Source of the DNA: a virus
Virus record (IMG/VR): IMGVR_UViG_3300050821_001948
Coordinates: 32,001 to 96,000 of that record
Direction: 5' to 3' (one strand)
Length of the DNA: 64,000 nucleotides
The notes beneath the pieces were generated by a model. It made no database searches and was not told the origin of the DNA. It saw only the letters and a program-made list of their open reading frames with translations. The position numbers were made by a program, and so were the translations under genes. How positions within the stretch are numbered: position 1 is the stretch's first letter; each line of letters starts with the position of its first letter. This document shows, piece after piece, positions 44,763-52,152 of the stretch.

Positions 44763-44836
44763 GCAGGAGCATCCAAGCGGTTGAGGGAAACGTCTGATAA
44801 GCGTTAGCGGTGTAAGTTCGAATCTTACCTCCTGTA
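44763..44836 (+). tRNA. tRNA-Ile(GAT)
   Basis: Cloverleaf, loop CTGATAA. Confidence 0.85.
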
Positions 44837-44856
44837 CGTCGATATGATAGAATCAT

Positions 44857-44929
44857 GGTCCGTTAGTGTAGCGGTTATCACGCCTGCCTCTCACGCAGGA
44901 AATCGCCGGTTCGAATCCGGCACGGACTA
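44857..44929 (+). tRNA. tRNA-Glu(CTC)
   Basis: Cloverleaf, loop CTCTCAC. Confidence 0.95.
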
Positions 44930-44976
44930 CGACAGAACAGTACTGTTTTTGGTATAGTTCTGACACATAATAACGT

Positions 44977-45052
44977 CGCGGAGTGGACTGGAGTTCGGCC
45001 CCAGCACGGCCTCATAAGCCGTACGACGCAGGTTCGAATCCTGCCTCCGCCA
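44977..45052 (+). tRNA. tRNA-Met(CAT), initiator-like
   Basis: C1:C72 mismatch, loop CTCATAA. Confidence 0.85.
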
Positions 45053-45106
45053 CTGGTTGATGAATAGCATGCTTCGAGGTGACGAGCCCCCGACATTAAC
45101 CGTTAT

Positions 45107-45182
45107 TGGCATGATGCTCTTGTCGGCTCAGGGCGCCTGGCTGTTAACCAGGACTTCGTAGGTTCGACTCCTACCATGCCAG
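45107..45182 (+). tRNA. tRNA-Asn(GTT)
   Basis: Cloverleaf, loop CTGTTAA. Confidence 0.9.
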
Positions 45183-45221
45183 CAGGGTTACTATACGCAA
45201 GGTCGCTTAGTAACCTGATAT

Positions 45222-45291
45222 GGGCTTTACGCTAAGGTAGCGATCCTCTTTTGCAAGGAGGCTGTAAGGGGTTCGATTCCCCTAGGGTCCA
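45222..45291 (+). tRNA. tRNA-Ala(TGC)
   Basis: G3:U70, loop TTTGCAA. Confidence 0.9.
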
Positions 45292-45292
45292 C

Positions 45293-45691
45293 GTGGGAAA
45301 TACCGAACGCAAAAGATTCATCCGAGATAAACGCAGACGAATTCTAGTCTCTGCGCTGGGTGGACTTTGTTCTAGTTGTGGTGTAGCTGAGAATCTTCAG
45401 TTTGATCACATCATCCCTGCTACAAAGGTCTTCGAAATGAGCGGTTATCATCTAGATAAGCCTTGGGTCATCCTAATAGATGAGTTGTCTAAGTGTCAGT
45501 TATTGTGTAACGATTGCCATCTCGATAAATCTAAACTAGAGGGTTCGCTCGGAACGGTAGATCACGGTGGTGGTATTAGTGGAAAGAAAAACTGCCCCTG
45601 TGTGCTATGTAAAACTCGCAAGGCTGAATATATGAAGAATTATCACTTGGGACGTTGGAGCAGCGGAGTGCTCGTCACCCTGTCAAGGTGA
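45293..45691 (+). CDS. HNH endonuclease
   Basis: LGGLCSSCG...LQFDH...KCQLLCNDCH; 3' end overlaps tRNA-Asp. Confidence 0.85.
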   Translation: MGNTERKRFIRDKRRRILVSALGGLCSSCGVAENLQFDHIIPATKVFEMSGYHLDKPWVILIDELSKCQLLCNDCHLDKSKLEGSLGTVDHGGGISGKKNCPCVLCKTRKAEYMKNYHLGRWSSGVLVTLSR

Positions 45692-45721
45692 AGGTCACGG
45701 GTTCAAATCCCGTACGTCTCG
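45649..45721 (+). tRNA. tRNA-Asp(GTC)
   Basis: Cloverleaf, loop CTGTCAA. Confidence 0.95.
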
Positions 45722-45722
45722 C

Positions 45723-45795
45723 GGTGTCTATAGCTCAGTGGTTAGAGCGCCCGACTGTGACTCGGGATACGATGGTTCGACCCCATCTAGACACA
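45723..45795 (+). tRNA. tRNA-His(GTG)
   Basis: Cloverleaf with G-1, loop CTGTGAC; A73 rather than C73. Confidence 0.9.
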
Positions 45796-45797
45796 CT

Positions 45798-45870
45798 GTG
45801 AGAGGTAGCCCAATAGAGAGGCAACCTGATAAGGGATCAAAGTGTCGGTGTCAAATCCGACCCTCTCACC
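45798..45870 (+). tRNA. Atypical or pseudo tRNA (no proper anticodon stem)
   Basis: 8-bp acceptor GTGAGAGG/CCTCTCAC, D arm, T stem with 8-nt loop. Confidence 0.5.
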
Positions 45871-45873
45871 TAT

Positions 45874-45950
45874 GCCATGACTGCTGGGACAGACGCGGGT
45901 CTGTAAAACCTGCTCCTACGGATAGCGAGGTTCGATTCCTCGGCGTGGCA
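45874..45950 (+). tRNA. tRNA-Tyr(GTA)
   Basis: Loop CTGTAAA, long variable arm, short D arm. Confidence 0.8.
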
Positions 45951-45951
45951 C

Positions 45952-46025
45952 TAGTGTGTAGCTCAGTAATAGAGCATCGGCACCACAGCCGAAGGTCCCC
46001 GGTCTGAAAACTCCGGGCGCGCTTC
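45952..46025 (+). tRNA. Atypical tRNA-like element (6-nt anticodon loop, 10-nt T loop)
   Basis: TAGCTCAG..AGAGC D arm, TCGGC-ACCACA-GCCGA. Confidence 0.5.
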
Positions 46026-46027
46026 TT

Positions 46028-46108
46028 GGAAGGTAGCGCGAATGGTCGCAATCGGTCTTGAAAACCGTGCCAGGGTTAAACCTGAGGGTTCGATTCCTTT
46101 ACTTTCCG
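46028..46108 (+). tRNA. tRNA-Ser(TGA)
   Basis: Loop CTTGAAA, long variable arm, G73. Confidence 0.85.
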
Positions 46109-46203
46109 CAAGAAGACAGTTAGTTGGAGGCCCACAGGTCAATGAAGACCCTGTTTTCTAGTCAGCCAGAAATACTTGTGCACAGTAATCTGGTTGGCGT
46201 CAT

Positions 46204-46274
46204 GCATCCGTAGCTGAGGGGATTAGCCGCTGACTCTTAATCAGCAGACGTTGGTTCGATTCCAACCGGGTGTA
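46204..46274 (+). tRNA. tRNA-Lys(CTT)
   Basis: Cloverleaf, loop CTCTTAA. Confidence 0.9.
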
Positions 46275-46298
46275 CTTGTGTTAGACTGCTAGAAACAA

Positions 46299-46370
46299 GC
46301 CTCGCTAGCTCAGAGGAAGAGCAGCCGACTTTTAATCGGCGGGTCGGGATATCGTAATTCTCGCGGGGTA
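46299..46370 (+). tRNA. tRNA-Lys(TTT)
   Basis: Loop CTTTTAA, variant T loop ATCGTAA. Confidence 0.85.
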
Positions 46371-46371
46371 C

Positions 46372-46716
46372 ATGGTGAAAGAAAAGCTATTCTCGGTAAC
46401 GGTTAACGACTGCGAAGTGCAGACCTTCCGTTCTGGTGGTAATGGCGGTCAAAACCAGAACGTTCGCGATACTGGCGTTCGGATTATTCATCATCCATCG
46501 GGCGCTCGCGGTGAGTCACGCGAGGAGCGTTCTCAGCTACAAAATAAGAGAACCGCCTTCCGAAGAATGGCTGAGTCTGCTAAGTTTAAGATCTGGATTA
46601 CTCGGGTCGTCGGAAATCGACTTTCACCCGAACAGCAGGTAGAGAAAGATATGCAGGAAGCGAACTTGAAAGTTGAGGTTCGTGATGGTAAGGTTTGGAA
46701 AGTTGTGCCTCACTAG
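46372..46716 (+). CDS. RF-1 domain peptidyl-tRNA hydrolase (ArfB/PrfH-like)
   Basis: RSGGNGGQNQN..DTGVRI.H.PSG...ERSQLQNK. Confidence 0.9.
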   Translation: MVKEKLFSVTVNDCEVQTFRSGGNGGQNQNVRDTGVRIIHHPSGARGESREERSQLQNKRTAFRRMAESAKFKIWITRVVGNRLSPEQQVEKDMQEANLKVEVRDGKVWKVVPH

Positions 46717-46780
46717 CTCAGTGGACTAGAGCACTTGGTTTCTACCCAAGGTGTCGCAGGTTCGAATCCTGCGTGGGGCT
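46707..46780 (+). tRNA. tRNA-Arg(TCT)
   Basis: Cloverleaf, loop TTTCTAC. Confidence 0.95.
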
Positions 46781-46907
46781 CGCGTTGGCCAAGCACGGCC
46801 ATAGGTTTGAGTGTCATAGTCTGTCAGATACGCTCGGAGTCATATGCCCGAAGACGGCTGGCTAAGCTCTTACCGAATTGGGAACTCGAAAGCCCTTTGC
46901 GCAGCAT

Positions 46908-46991
46908 GGAAGATGCCCGCACGGCGACGGAGCCTGAGTGCTAATCAGGTACGAGGTAAAACTCCGGTAGGTTCGACTCCTACATCTTCCG
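46908..46991 (+). tRNA. tRNA-Ser(GCT)
   Basis: Loop GTGCTAA, long variable arm. Confidence 0.85.
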
Positions 46992-47098
46992 CTGCATAGT
47001 TCAGGTAGCCAGCGTGTATTGATGTGATGACGGATCGATTGTGATAGAATCGTCCCGATCCATATTGAGCCCTCTCTTATGTTACTATCACCTACATA

Positions 47099-47163
47099 GA
47101 CTGGGTAACGCGAAAGAACACCGACTTCATACGTCGGAGACCTGTGAGTGGCGCACTCAGTCA
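47099..47163 (+). tRNA. Minimal tRNA-like element with CAT anticodon, degenerate D and T arms
   Basis: GACTGGGT/ACTCAGTC stem, CCGAC-TTCATAC-GTCGG. Confidence 0.45.
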
Positions 47164-47168
47164 AATTT

Positions 47169-47239
47169 GCCGCTGTTGCCGAATGGTTAGGCGCTGGATT
47201 GCAACCCCAGTTACGCAGGTCCGATTCCTGTCGGCGGCT
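47169..47239 (+). tRNA. tRNA-Cys(GCA)
   Basis: Cloverleaf, U73. Confidence 0.9.
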
Positions 47240-47282
47240 CGATATTCACTGTTATGCTATTATTTACCGATAGTGTAAATAT

Positions 47283-47356
47283 GGCCTACTACTCCAATAG
47301 GTAGAGGGGACGGATTCAAAACCCGTACAGTCTCAGTTCGAATCTGAGGTGGGCCA
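47283..47356 (+). tRNA. tRNA-Leu(CAA)
   Basis: Loop TTCAAAA, short variable loop. Confidence 0.85.
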
Positions 47357-47369
47357 CGTAGTAAGATAT

Positions 47370-47443
47370 GCCGGTGTATCCCAATTGGTAGAGGAGCCTG
47401 ACTTAGAATCAGGATGTTGGAGGTTCGAGTCCTCTCATCGGTA
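47370..47443 (+). tRNA. tRNA-Leu(TAG)
   Basis: Loop CTTAGAA, short variable loop. Confidence 0.9.
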
Positions 47444-47546
47444 CAAGGGTTGTCAACGGTAGCTGCCTGTCGGCTACTGGCAATGCGGCTTAGACCACCG
47501 CGCCGCGCATGAAGCTTGGTCGGCGGATTGCTTGATGGCCCAGTTT

Positions 47547-47619
47547 GCCGGATTACGTCATGGGGTAGACTGGCTCCCTTACAAGGAGTTTGCGGAAGGT
47601 TCGAGTCCTTCATCCGGTA
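47547..47619 (+). tRNA. tRNA-Val(TAC)
   Basis: Cloverleaf, loop CTTACAA. Confidence 0.9.
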
Positions 47620-47752
47620 CGCAGTTGCCTCGGCCTCCAGGGGCGAAGTTGGGTGTGGTTAGCGCATGAGGGATATTCTAGAAACACCCTGAAGTCAGCG
47701 TCATCCGGCGATCTGTGGGGATTGGTGTCCATAGAGACTGTACCCACTTAAG

Positions 47753-47781
47753 TTGACAATAGGCGAACGCCGTGTTAACTT
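47753..47781 (+). promoter_or_regulatory. SigA-type promoter upstream of rpf
   Basis: TTGACA-N17-TAACTT with extended TG. Confidence 0.65.
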
Positions 47782-47880
47782 ACTATAAGTAAATAGCAAG
47801 GAGCCCCACCAGGGGTTCAGCCAGGACGCCCCAAAATTCGATTTGAATGAGGGTGTCGCCGCAACTGCCTCTGGAGACAC

Positions 47881-48330
47881 ATGCCCTATGCTATCAAATT
47901 CCTTATTGTCCTAATCATCGCTGTAGTTTCGCCAGGTAAACCGCCGAATATTATCGCAGCTTCTGATACTCAGCCGGTAGTATTCAGTTATCAAGACTCC
48001 GTAAGTGCAGCATTCGCGTTCCATGATTTAATGGTTCAAGATGCACCTAAACCCAAACCTATTAAACCAACTCCGGTAGCATACAATACCGTATGGGATC
48101 ATCTAGCTCAGTGTGAGTCCTCTGGTAACTGGGCTGACACCGCTGGTATGTTTGAGGGCGGTCTCCAGTTCCTCCACTCTACATGGATCGAGTATGGCGG
48201 CGCGACCTTCGCTCAGCACGCCTACGAGGCCACCAGGGAGCAGCAGATCCTAGTGGCTACAAGAGCCTTAGCTGGGCGTCCAGACTGGTCAGCGTGGCCT
48301 GTGTGTAGCATCAAGCTTGGTCTACGATAA
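47881..48330 (+). CDS. rpf: Resuscitation-promoting factor (Rpf) transglycosylase, probably secreted
   Basis: WDHLAQCESSGNW...GGLQF..STW..YGG...A..ATREQQI...AWPVC; hydrophobic N-terminus. Confidence 0.9.
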   Translation: MPYAIKFLIVLIIAVVSPGKPPNIIAASDTQPVVFSYQDSVSAAFAFHDLMVQDAPKPKPIKPTPVAYNTVWDHLAQCESSGNWADTAGMFEGGLQFLHSTWIEYGGATFAQHAYEATREQQILVATRALAGRPDWSAWPVCSIKLGLR

Positions 48331-48385
48331 ATCTTTCCCTTCATTGTGAAGGGAAAACGGCGTGAAGCCGTGAAAGAAAGGTGGC

Positions 48386-48580
48386 GTGATGCCAAAAGAA
48401 AAGTTCTACGACAGCACTCGAATTGATGGAGATGGATTACCTCCAGATATTATCGTTGCTTGGGGAAATTCCCAACCAGAGGTCACCATCAATGGCATAG
48501 TGTATGATAGGTCTGGGGTAAATCGTTTGATCAGCACTCTTCGTAAGGCGCGAAATCAAACTTATGGACCCGATGAATAA
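48386..48580 (+). CDS. Hypothetical protein
   Basis: GAAAGG RBS; DRSGVNRLI..LRKARN..YG.DE. Confidence 0.7.
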   Translation: MMPKEKFYDSTRIDGDGLPPDIIVAWGNSQPEVTINGIVYDRSGVNRLISTLRKARNQTYGPDE

Positions 48581-48762
48581 AATGTGATATGATGAAGCTG
48601 CCCTGTGCGTGGGGCGCGCGACCTGTTGCGGGAAGCGGCACGTACCGGAAGGTCGGTAGGCTGGGGTAGCCGATCACCGTTAAACACTACCCAGACGCAA
48701 CCTCTTCATAGGCATTCGTGCCCGTCTCCCCGGCGCGTTGAAGAGTATGTAGCCGGGGTTTA

Positions 48763-48838
48763 GCTTCTATAGCTCAGTGGAAAGAGCGTCTGGCTACGAA
48801 CCAGAAGGTCGGGAGTTCGAATCTCTCTAGGGGCACCA
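48763..48838 (+). tRNA. tRNA-Arg(ACG), CCA encoded
   Basis: Cloverleaf, loop CTACGAA. Confidence 0.95.
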
Positions 48839-48897
48839 TCGTTCAGAGGCCAAACGGTCAGGCACCGCTCTCATAAGGCGGGCAACCCGCCGATATT

Positions 48898-49365
48898 ATG
48901 AAAGTGAAGAATTGTTCAAATTGCAAGCAAACCAAACCGCACAGTGAGTTTGGCCGTAACGTAGCTACGAAAGATGGTTTACAGTATCACTGTAAGCAGT
49001 GTCGAAACGCTTACCTGAAAACTTGGTACTCTGAGAACAAGGACTTACAAAAAAGTCGAGTCCAGAAAAATACCAAAAAGAAGGTTGATGACCGCAGAAA
49101 TTTGATACGGGAAATCAAAGAGTCGACACCATGCGCAGACTGTGGTATCCTCTACCCTCCGTACGTCATGGATTTCGACCACCTCCCCGGAAGTGAGAAG
49201 ATTACATCCATCTCATCCTTATCGCAAGGATGGCGTGGGAGCGTCGAGATACTAAAAGCGGAGATCCTAAAGTGTGAGCTTGTATGTGCCAACTGTCACA
49301 GAATTAGAACTCACAAAAGGCGCGTCAACGCTGGGAAGCCGAAGGGTGAGGCACCTCTCTCATAA
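48898..49365 (+). CDS. HNH endonuclease inside the split tRNA
   Basis: CSNC...CKQC Zn finger; CADCG..YPPYVMDFDH...KCELVCANCHRIRT. Confidence 0.9.
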   Translation: MKVKNCSNCKQTKPHSEFGRNVATKDGLQYHCKQCRNAYLKTWYSENKDLQKSRVQKNTKKKVDDRRNLIREIKESTPCADCGILYPPYVMDFDHLPGSEKITSISSLSQGWRGSVEILKAEILKCELVCANCHRIRTHKRRVNAGKPKGEAPLS

Positions 49366-49403
49366 AGAGGCCGTCGTGGGCTCGACTCCCACTCCAGCGA
49401 CCA
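49329..49403 (+). tRNA. CAT-anticodon tRNA (probably Met), intact, nested inside the split tRNA, CCA encoded
   Basis: CGCTGGG/TCCAGCG acceptor, loop CTCATAA. Confidence 0.9.
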
Positions 49404-49446
49404 TCTAACCGGGTATAGTTGGTTCGATTCCAACCTGGACGACCAT

Positions 49447-49518
49447 CGGCTCGTAGCTCAGAGGAAGAGCACGCGGTTCCTATCCGTGGTGTCGGGGGTT
49501 CGACTCCCTCCGGGCCGA
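49447..49518 (+). tRNA. tRNA-Arg(CCT)
   Basis: Cloverleaf, loop TTCCTAT. Confidence 0.9.
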
Positions 49519-49524
49519 CAATGG

Positions 49525-49848
49525 TCACACTGTCCTGGGTGCCCGTTCCCGTTCTTGACGACTCATCTCTAGGATGAAGTCAGTAATCTCGTCTTCGGTG
49601 ATAGCTGGGCCTTGGGGATTGGATTCTACCAGCTCTAGTGGTACATGGCTCAGTACGTGCTCAACCATAGGGAACAGAAGCGCCACTATTGCAGAGTTAG
49701 CATCCCTCTGGTAAGCTTGGGAACACTTAGAGCAAACGAATTCGTAATATGGTTTACCGTAGGGGTCGTCAAATAGATAGAGGGTCACACGCTCAGGCGT
49801 TAATTCAACCCTTCCATCTATCGGGCAAACTACAGCAATACCATTCAT
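49525..49848 (-). CDS. Zn-binding hypothetical protein
   Basis: CP.DG.V.L...Y.FVC..C...GPAIT.DEI.DF; start 15 nt from TGCGATAA. Confidence 0.7.
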   Translation of the reverse strand: MNGIAVVCPIDGRVELTPERVTLYLFDDPYGKPYYEFVCSKCSQAYQRDANSAIVALLFPMVEHVLSHVPLELVESNPQGPAITEDEITDFILEMSRQERERAPRTV

Positions 49849-49911
49849 AGTGTTATTATCGCACGTGACGCAAACCGATATGAATTCTACAACTGAATAG
49901 GGTTTACACAT

Positions 49912-50270
49912 GGGGGTGCCGGGTTTCGACGGCATCTGCTGATGTGAGAGAAGCGAGCAAGACCAAGGTAACACGGAAGTCTTTCAAAACTCTTGTTGCA
50001 TAAAATAAATGAGGCATTCGTGCCCGCTCGTTCTTACGCTCTCGTAGCCTAGGAACCGTCAGCCCGAGGATTCCTCGACTCGGTAACTGGCGTCAGCTAG
50101 AGGAACGCTCTCCGATTAGGTGTTCGAGTAGTCGGAGCTAAGATACACGAACTAAGCTCACCGGATGAGTCCCGCAATGCCGGAAGCTGACATTTAAGAC
50201 CGGGACTACGCTCGTAGAAGAAGCACAAACGTAATGTCGGACGGGAGTTCAACTCTCCCCACCTCCACCA
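49912..50270 (+). ncRNA. ssrA: tmRNA
   Basis: GGGGGTG/CACCTCC-ACCA with G3:U70, GGTTTCGAC, T arm; tag frame (E)AFVPARSYALVA-stop. Confidence 0.95.
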
Positions 50271-50326
50271 ACGCTCGATGGAACCCTATACGGGAGCTAA
50301 CTATTGCGTTTTCATCGAGCGTGTTT

Positions 50327-50398
50327 GGCCGATTGGGGTACTGGCTAGCCCTCCTGACCTTCACTCAGGGAGAAACGGATCGAAACCGTTATCGGCTA
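50327..50398 (+). tRNA. tRNA-Glu(TTC)
   Basis: Cloverleaf, loop CCTTCAC (C33). Confidence 0.85.
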
Positions 50399-50411
50399 CA
50401 AAGTGAGTCTT

Positions 50412-50483
50412 GTTTTCGTAGCTCAATGGAAGAGCGTAGCCCTCCGAAGGCTAAGGTTGCTGGTTCAAGTCCAGCCGGGAACA
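50412..50483 (+). tRNA. tRNA-Arg(CCG)
   Basis: Cloverleaf, loop CTCCGAA. Confidence 0.9.
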
Positions 50484-50527
50484 CTTTTATCGGTTGAATG
50501 CCGATATACTCTTCAGGAGGTAATACA

Positions 50528-50704
50528 ATGGCTGAAGATAGAGTACTCGGAACCGGCGCACAGCATTTGTCCGCCGTTCAGGTTGGTAGATCACTCTTTG
50601 CTCACGAGTCCGCATTTGAAGTAGTGGCAGAACCAGCAACGGACGTTATTGAGGTAGTAGTTCCAGATCCCGTAATTTCGGAAGCTACTTCCACCGAAGA
50701 GTAA
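50528..50704 (+). CDS. Small acidic protein
   Basis: AGGAGG RBS downstream of GCCGATAT. Confidence 0.65.
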   Translation: MAEDRVLGTGAQHLSAVQVGRSLFAHESAFEVVAEPATDVIEVVVPDPVISEATSTEE

Positions 50705-50744
50705 TAGGCTTTCATCTTATTCAAGAATAGCCGATAAAGTCTTC

Positions 50745-50936
50745 GTGACACTTATTACCGAGAAGGCTACCCATAACCTCGATTTGCCACATGCATTTTT
50801 TGGCGTCGGGGATATTGAGCTGTCTTCAATTCGCAAGTGCGTTTGTGGTCGGAACGGTAACGATCCTCTACATAGTTTCTCACAGACTGAATGGGCATCG
50901 TCTAACGAGCCCCTAATGACCGAAAAGGGGTCGTAA
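50745..50936 (+). CDS. Small Cys/His protein
   Basis: H.F...CVCG.....PLH; GTG 15 nt from GCCGATAA. Confidence 0.6.
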   Translation: MTLITEKATHNLDLPHAFFGVGDIELSSIRKCVCGRNGNDPLHSFSQTEWASSNEPLMTEKGS

Positions 50937-50939
50937 GAC

Positions 50940-51860
50940 ATGGCTGCACCGACAATTAGCTCAGTAACCCCCGCAGCGGGGCCAATTACAGGAACAACGA
51001 GCGTTGCTATCGTTGGAACCAACCTAGATACTGTGACCGCCGTAAACTTCGGTCTTGTTGCAGCCACTAGCTTTATTCTAACTGACCCGACCCATATGTC
51101 GGCTATTGCGCCTGCTCACGCGGCTGGTGTTGTTGATATAACCGTAATTAACCCGACTGCTACTTCTGCGACTTCAAGCGCCGACCACTTCACGTTCGAG
51201 CCGATCCCGGTTGTTTCAAGCGTAGCTCCGGGTGGTGGACCGACCGCTGGCGCGACTTCTGTAGTCATCCACGGTTCTGGCTTCACGGGTGTTACTGGTG
51301 CCGCTGGTGTGAAGTTTGGTGCTACAAACGCGACCTCTTACGTAGTAAATAGCGACACTCAGATCACCGCAGTAGCACCGGCACACTCTGCTGCAACTGT
51401 CGATATCACGGTTACGAGTCCAGGTGGTGTTTCTACTACCTCTGCGGCTGATGACTTCGTTTATGCGGGTCTACCGACTGTAACTTCAGTAACCCCTCTT
51501 CCTGGTGATGAAGATGTCGAAATTGTTGGTACTAACTTTCTAGGGGTTACGGATGTTGAGTTTGGCGGACATGACGCCACTTCCTTTACTGTTACTGACT
51601 CAACTCACATCGTTGCTACGTACGCCCCATTGAGCGCACCAGCTACCGTTGATGTGACCGTAACGGCATTCGGTGGAGTTTCCGCTACAAGCGGTGCTGA
51701 CCTGGTATTTGATGGCACCTACGTGCAGCCAGATGGTACTGAGGATGCAACTTACTTCATGGATGTGGAGATCTCACCAGCTACACTAGCTGATGGTTCC
51801 CTGTTCGCGCGTCTGAACCCTGATGTCTACCCTCAGGTTGGGGTAATCGCGAGTTCCTAG
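50940..51860 (+). CDS. IPT/TIG Ig-like repeat protein
   Basis: Three P.V.SV.P..GP..G.T.V.I.G..F....V.FG-type repeats. Confidence 0.85.
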   Translation: MAAPTISSVTPAAGPITGTTSVAIVGTNLDTVTAVNFGLVAATSFILTDPTHMSAIAPAHAAGVVDITVINPTATSATSSADHFTFEPIPVVSSVAPGGGPTAGATSVVIHGSGFTGVTGAAGVKFGATNATSYVVNSDTQITAVAPAHSAATVDITVTSPGGVSTTSAADDFVYAGLPTVTSVTPLPGDEDVEIVGTNFLGVTDVEFGGHDATSFTVTDSTHIVATYAPLSAPATVDVTVTAFGGVSATSGADLVFDGTYVQPDGTEDATYFMDVEISPATLADGSLFARLNPDVYPQVGVIASS

Positions 51861-52152
51861 TCTCTAGGTTCGCATAAGCTCTCTTACGTTGCAAATGTAG
51901 GGATTCTCTTTCTACACCGAGGTCTCGACACTTACTTCCCGTTGGTTGGGAACACTTCGGACACCTGACTGTATCGATGACTCTTTGACGGTCGAGGTTA
52001 ACTGATTCTAGGGATTTCCCACTTCCGGGTAAGCACCTGGCGTGCACCCACTTATTATTCCGGTAGTTTCTGACTATCTCGTTACCTGGAAAAATCGTCT
52101 TTTTACATGCGCTACACGTCGTGAAACTTTTAGCTGCAACGTCCGTTTTCAT
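51781..52152 (-). CDS. Zinc-finger protein
   Basis: CSAC...W.H..C and CPKC....G..C...H. Confidence 0.65.
   Translation of the reverse strand: MKTDVAAKSFTTCSACKKTIFPGNEIVRNYRNNKWVHARCLPGSGKSLESVNLDRQRVIDTVRCPKCSQPTGSKCRDLGVERESLHLQRKRAYANLETRNSRLPQPEGRHQGSDARTGNHQLV

Larger units (their letters stand above)
48840..49445 (+). tRNA. Split CAT-anticodon tRNA (Met or Ile2): 5' part 48840..48889, 3' part 49410..49445
   Basis: CGTTCAG pairs with CTGGACG; D and anticodon arms in the 5' part, T arm plus ACCA in the 3' part; ACCCG/CGGGT closes the insert. Confidence 0.85.

Noticed and set aside
47790-47880. c-di-AMP (ydaO) riboswitch upstream of rpf
   Set aside because: Conserved ydaO segments are not recognisable by eye
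48890-49409. Self-splicing group I/II intron in the split tRNA
   Set aside because: The insert is almost entirely HNH ORF plus tRNA, leaving no room for a catalytic core, and the site is the variable arm
48710-50026. 15-bp identity AGGCATTCGTGCCCG between the unknown RNA (48710) and the tmRNA tag region (50012)
   Set aside because: One or two 15-mer matches are expected by chance in 64 kb and there is no flanking similarity
43183-50483. Suppressor tRNA or stop-codon recoding
   Set aside because: No CTA, TTA or TCA anticodon found, and long genes are intact under the standard code
43175-50624. ORFs such as 43325..43744, 45738..46007, 47260..47613 and 50234..50497
   Set aside because: They overlap tRNA/tmRNA genes and are translation artefacts
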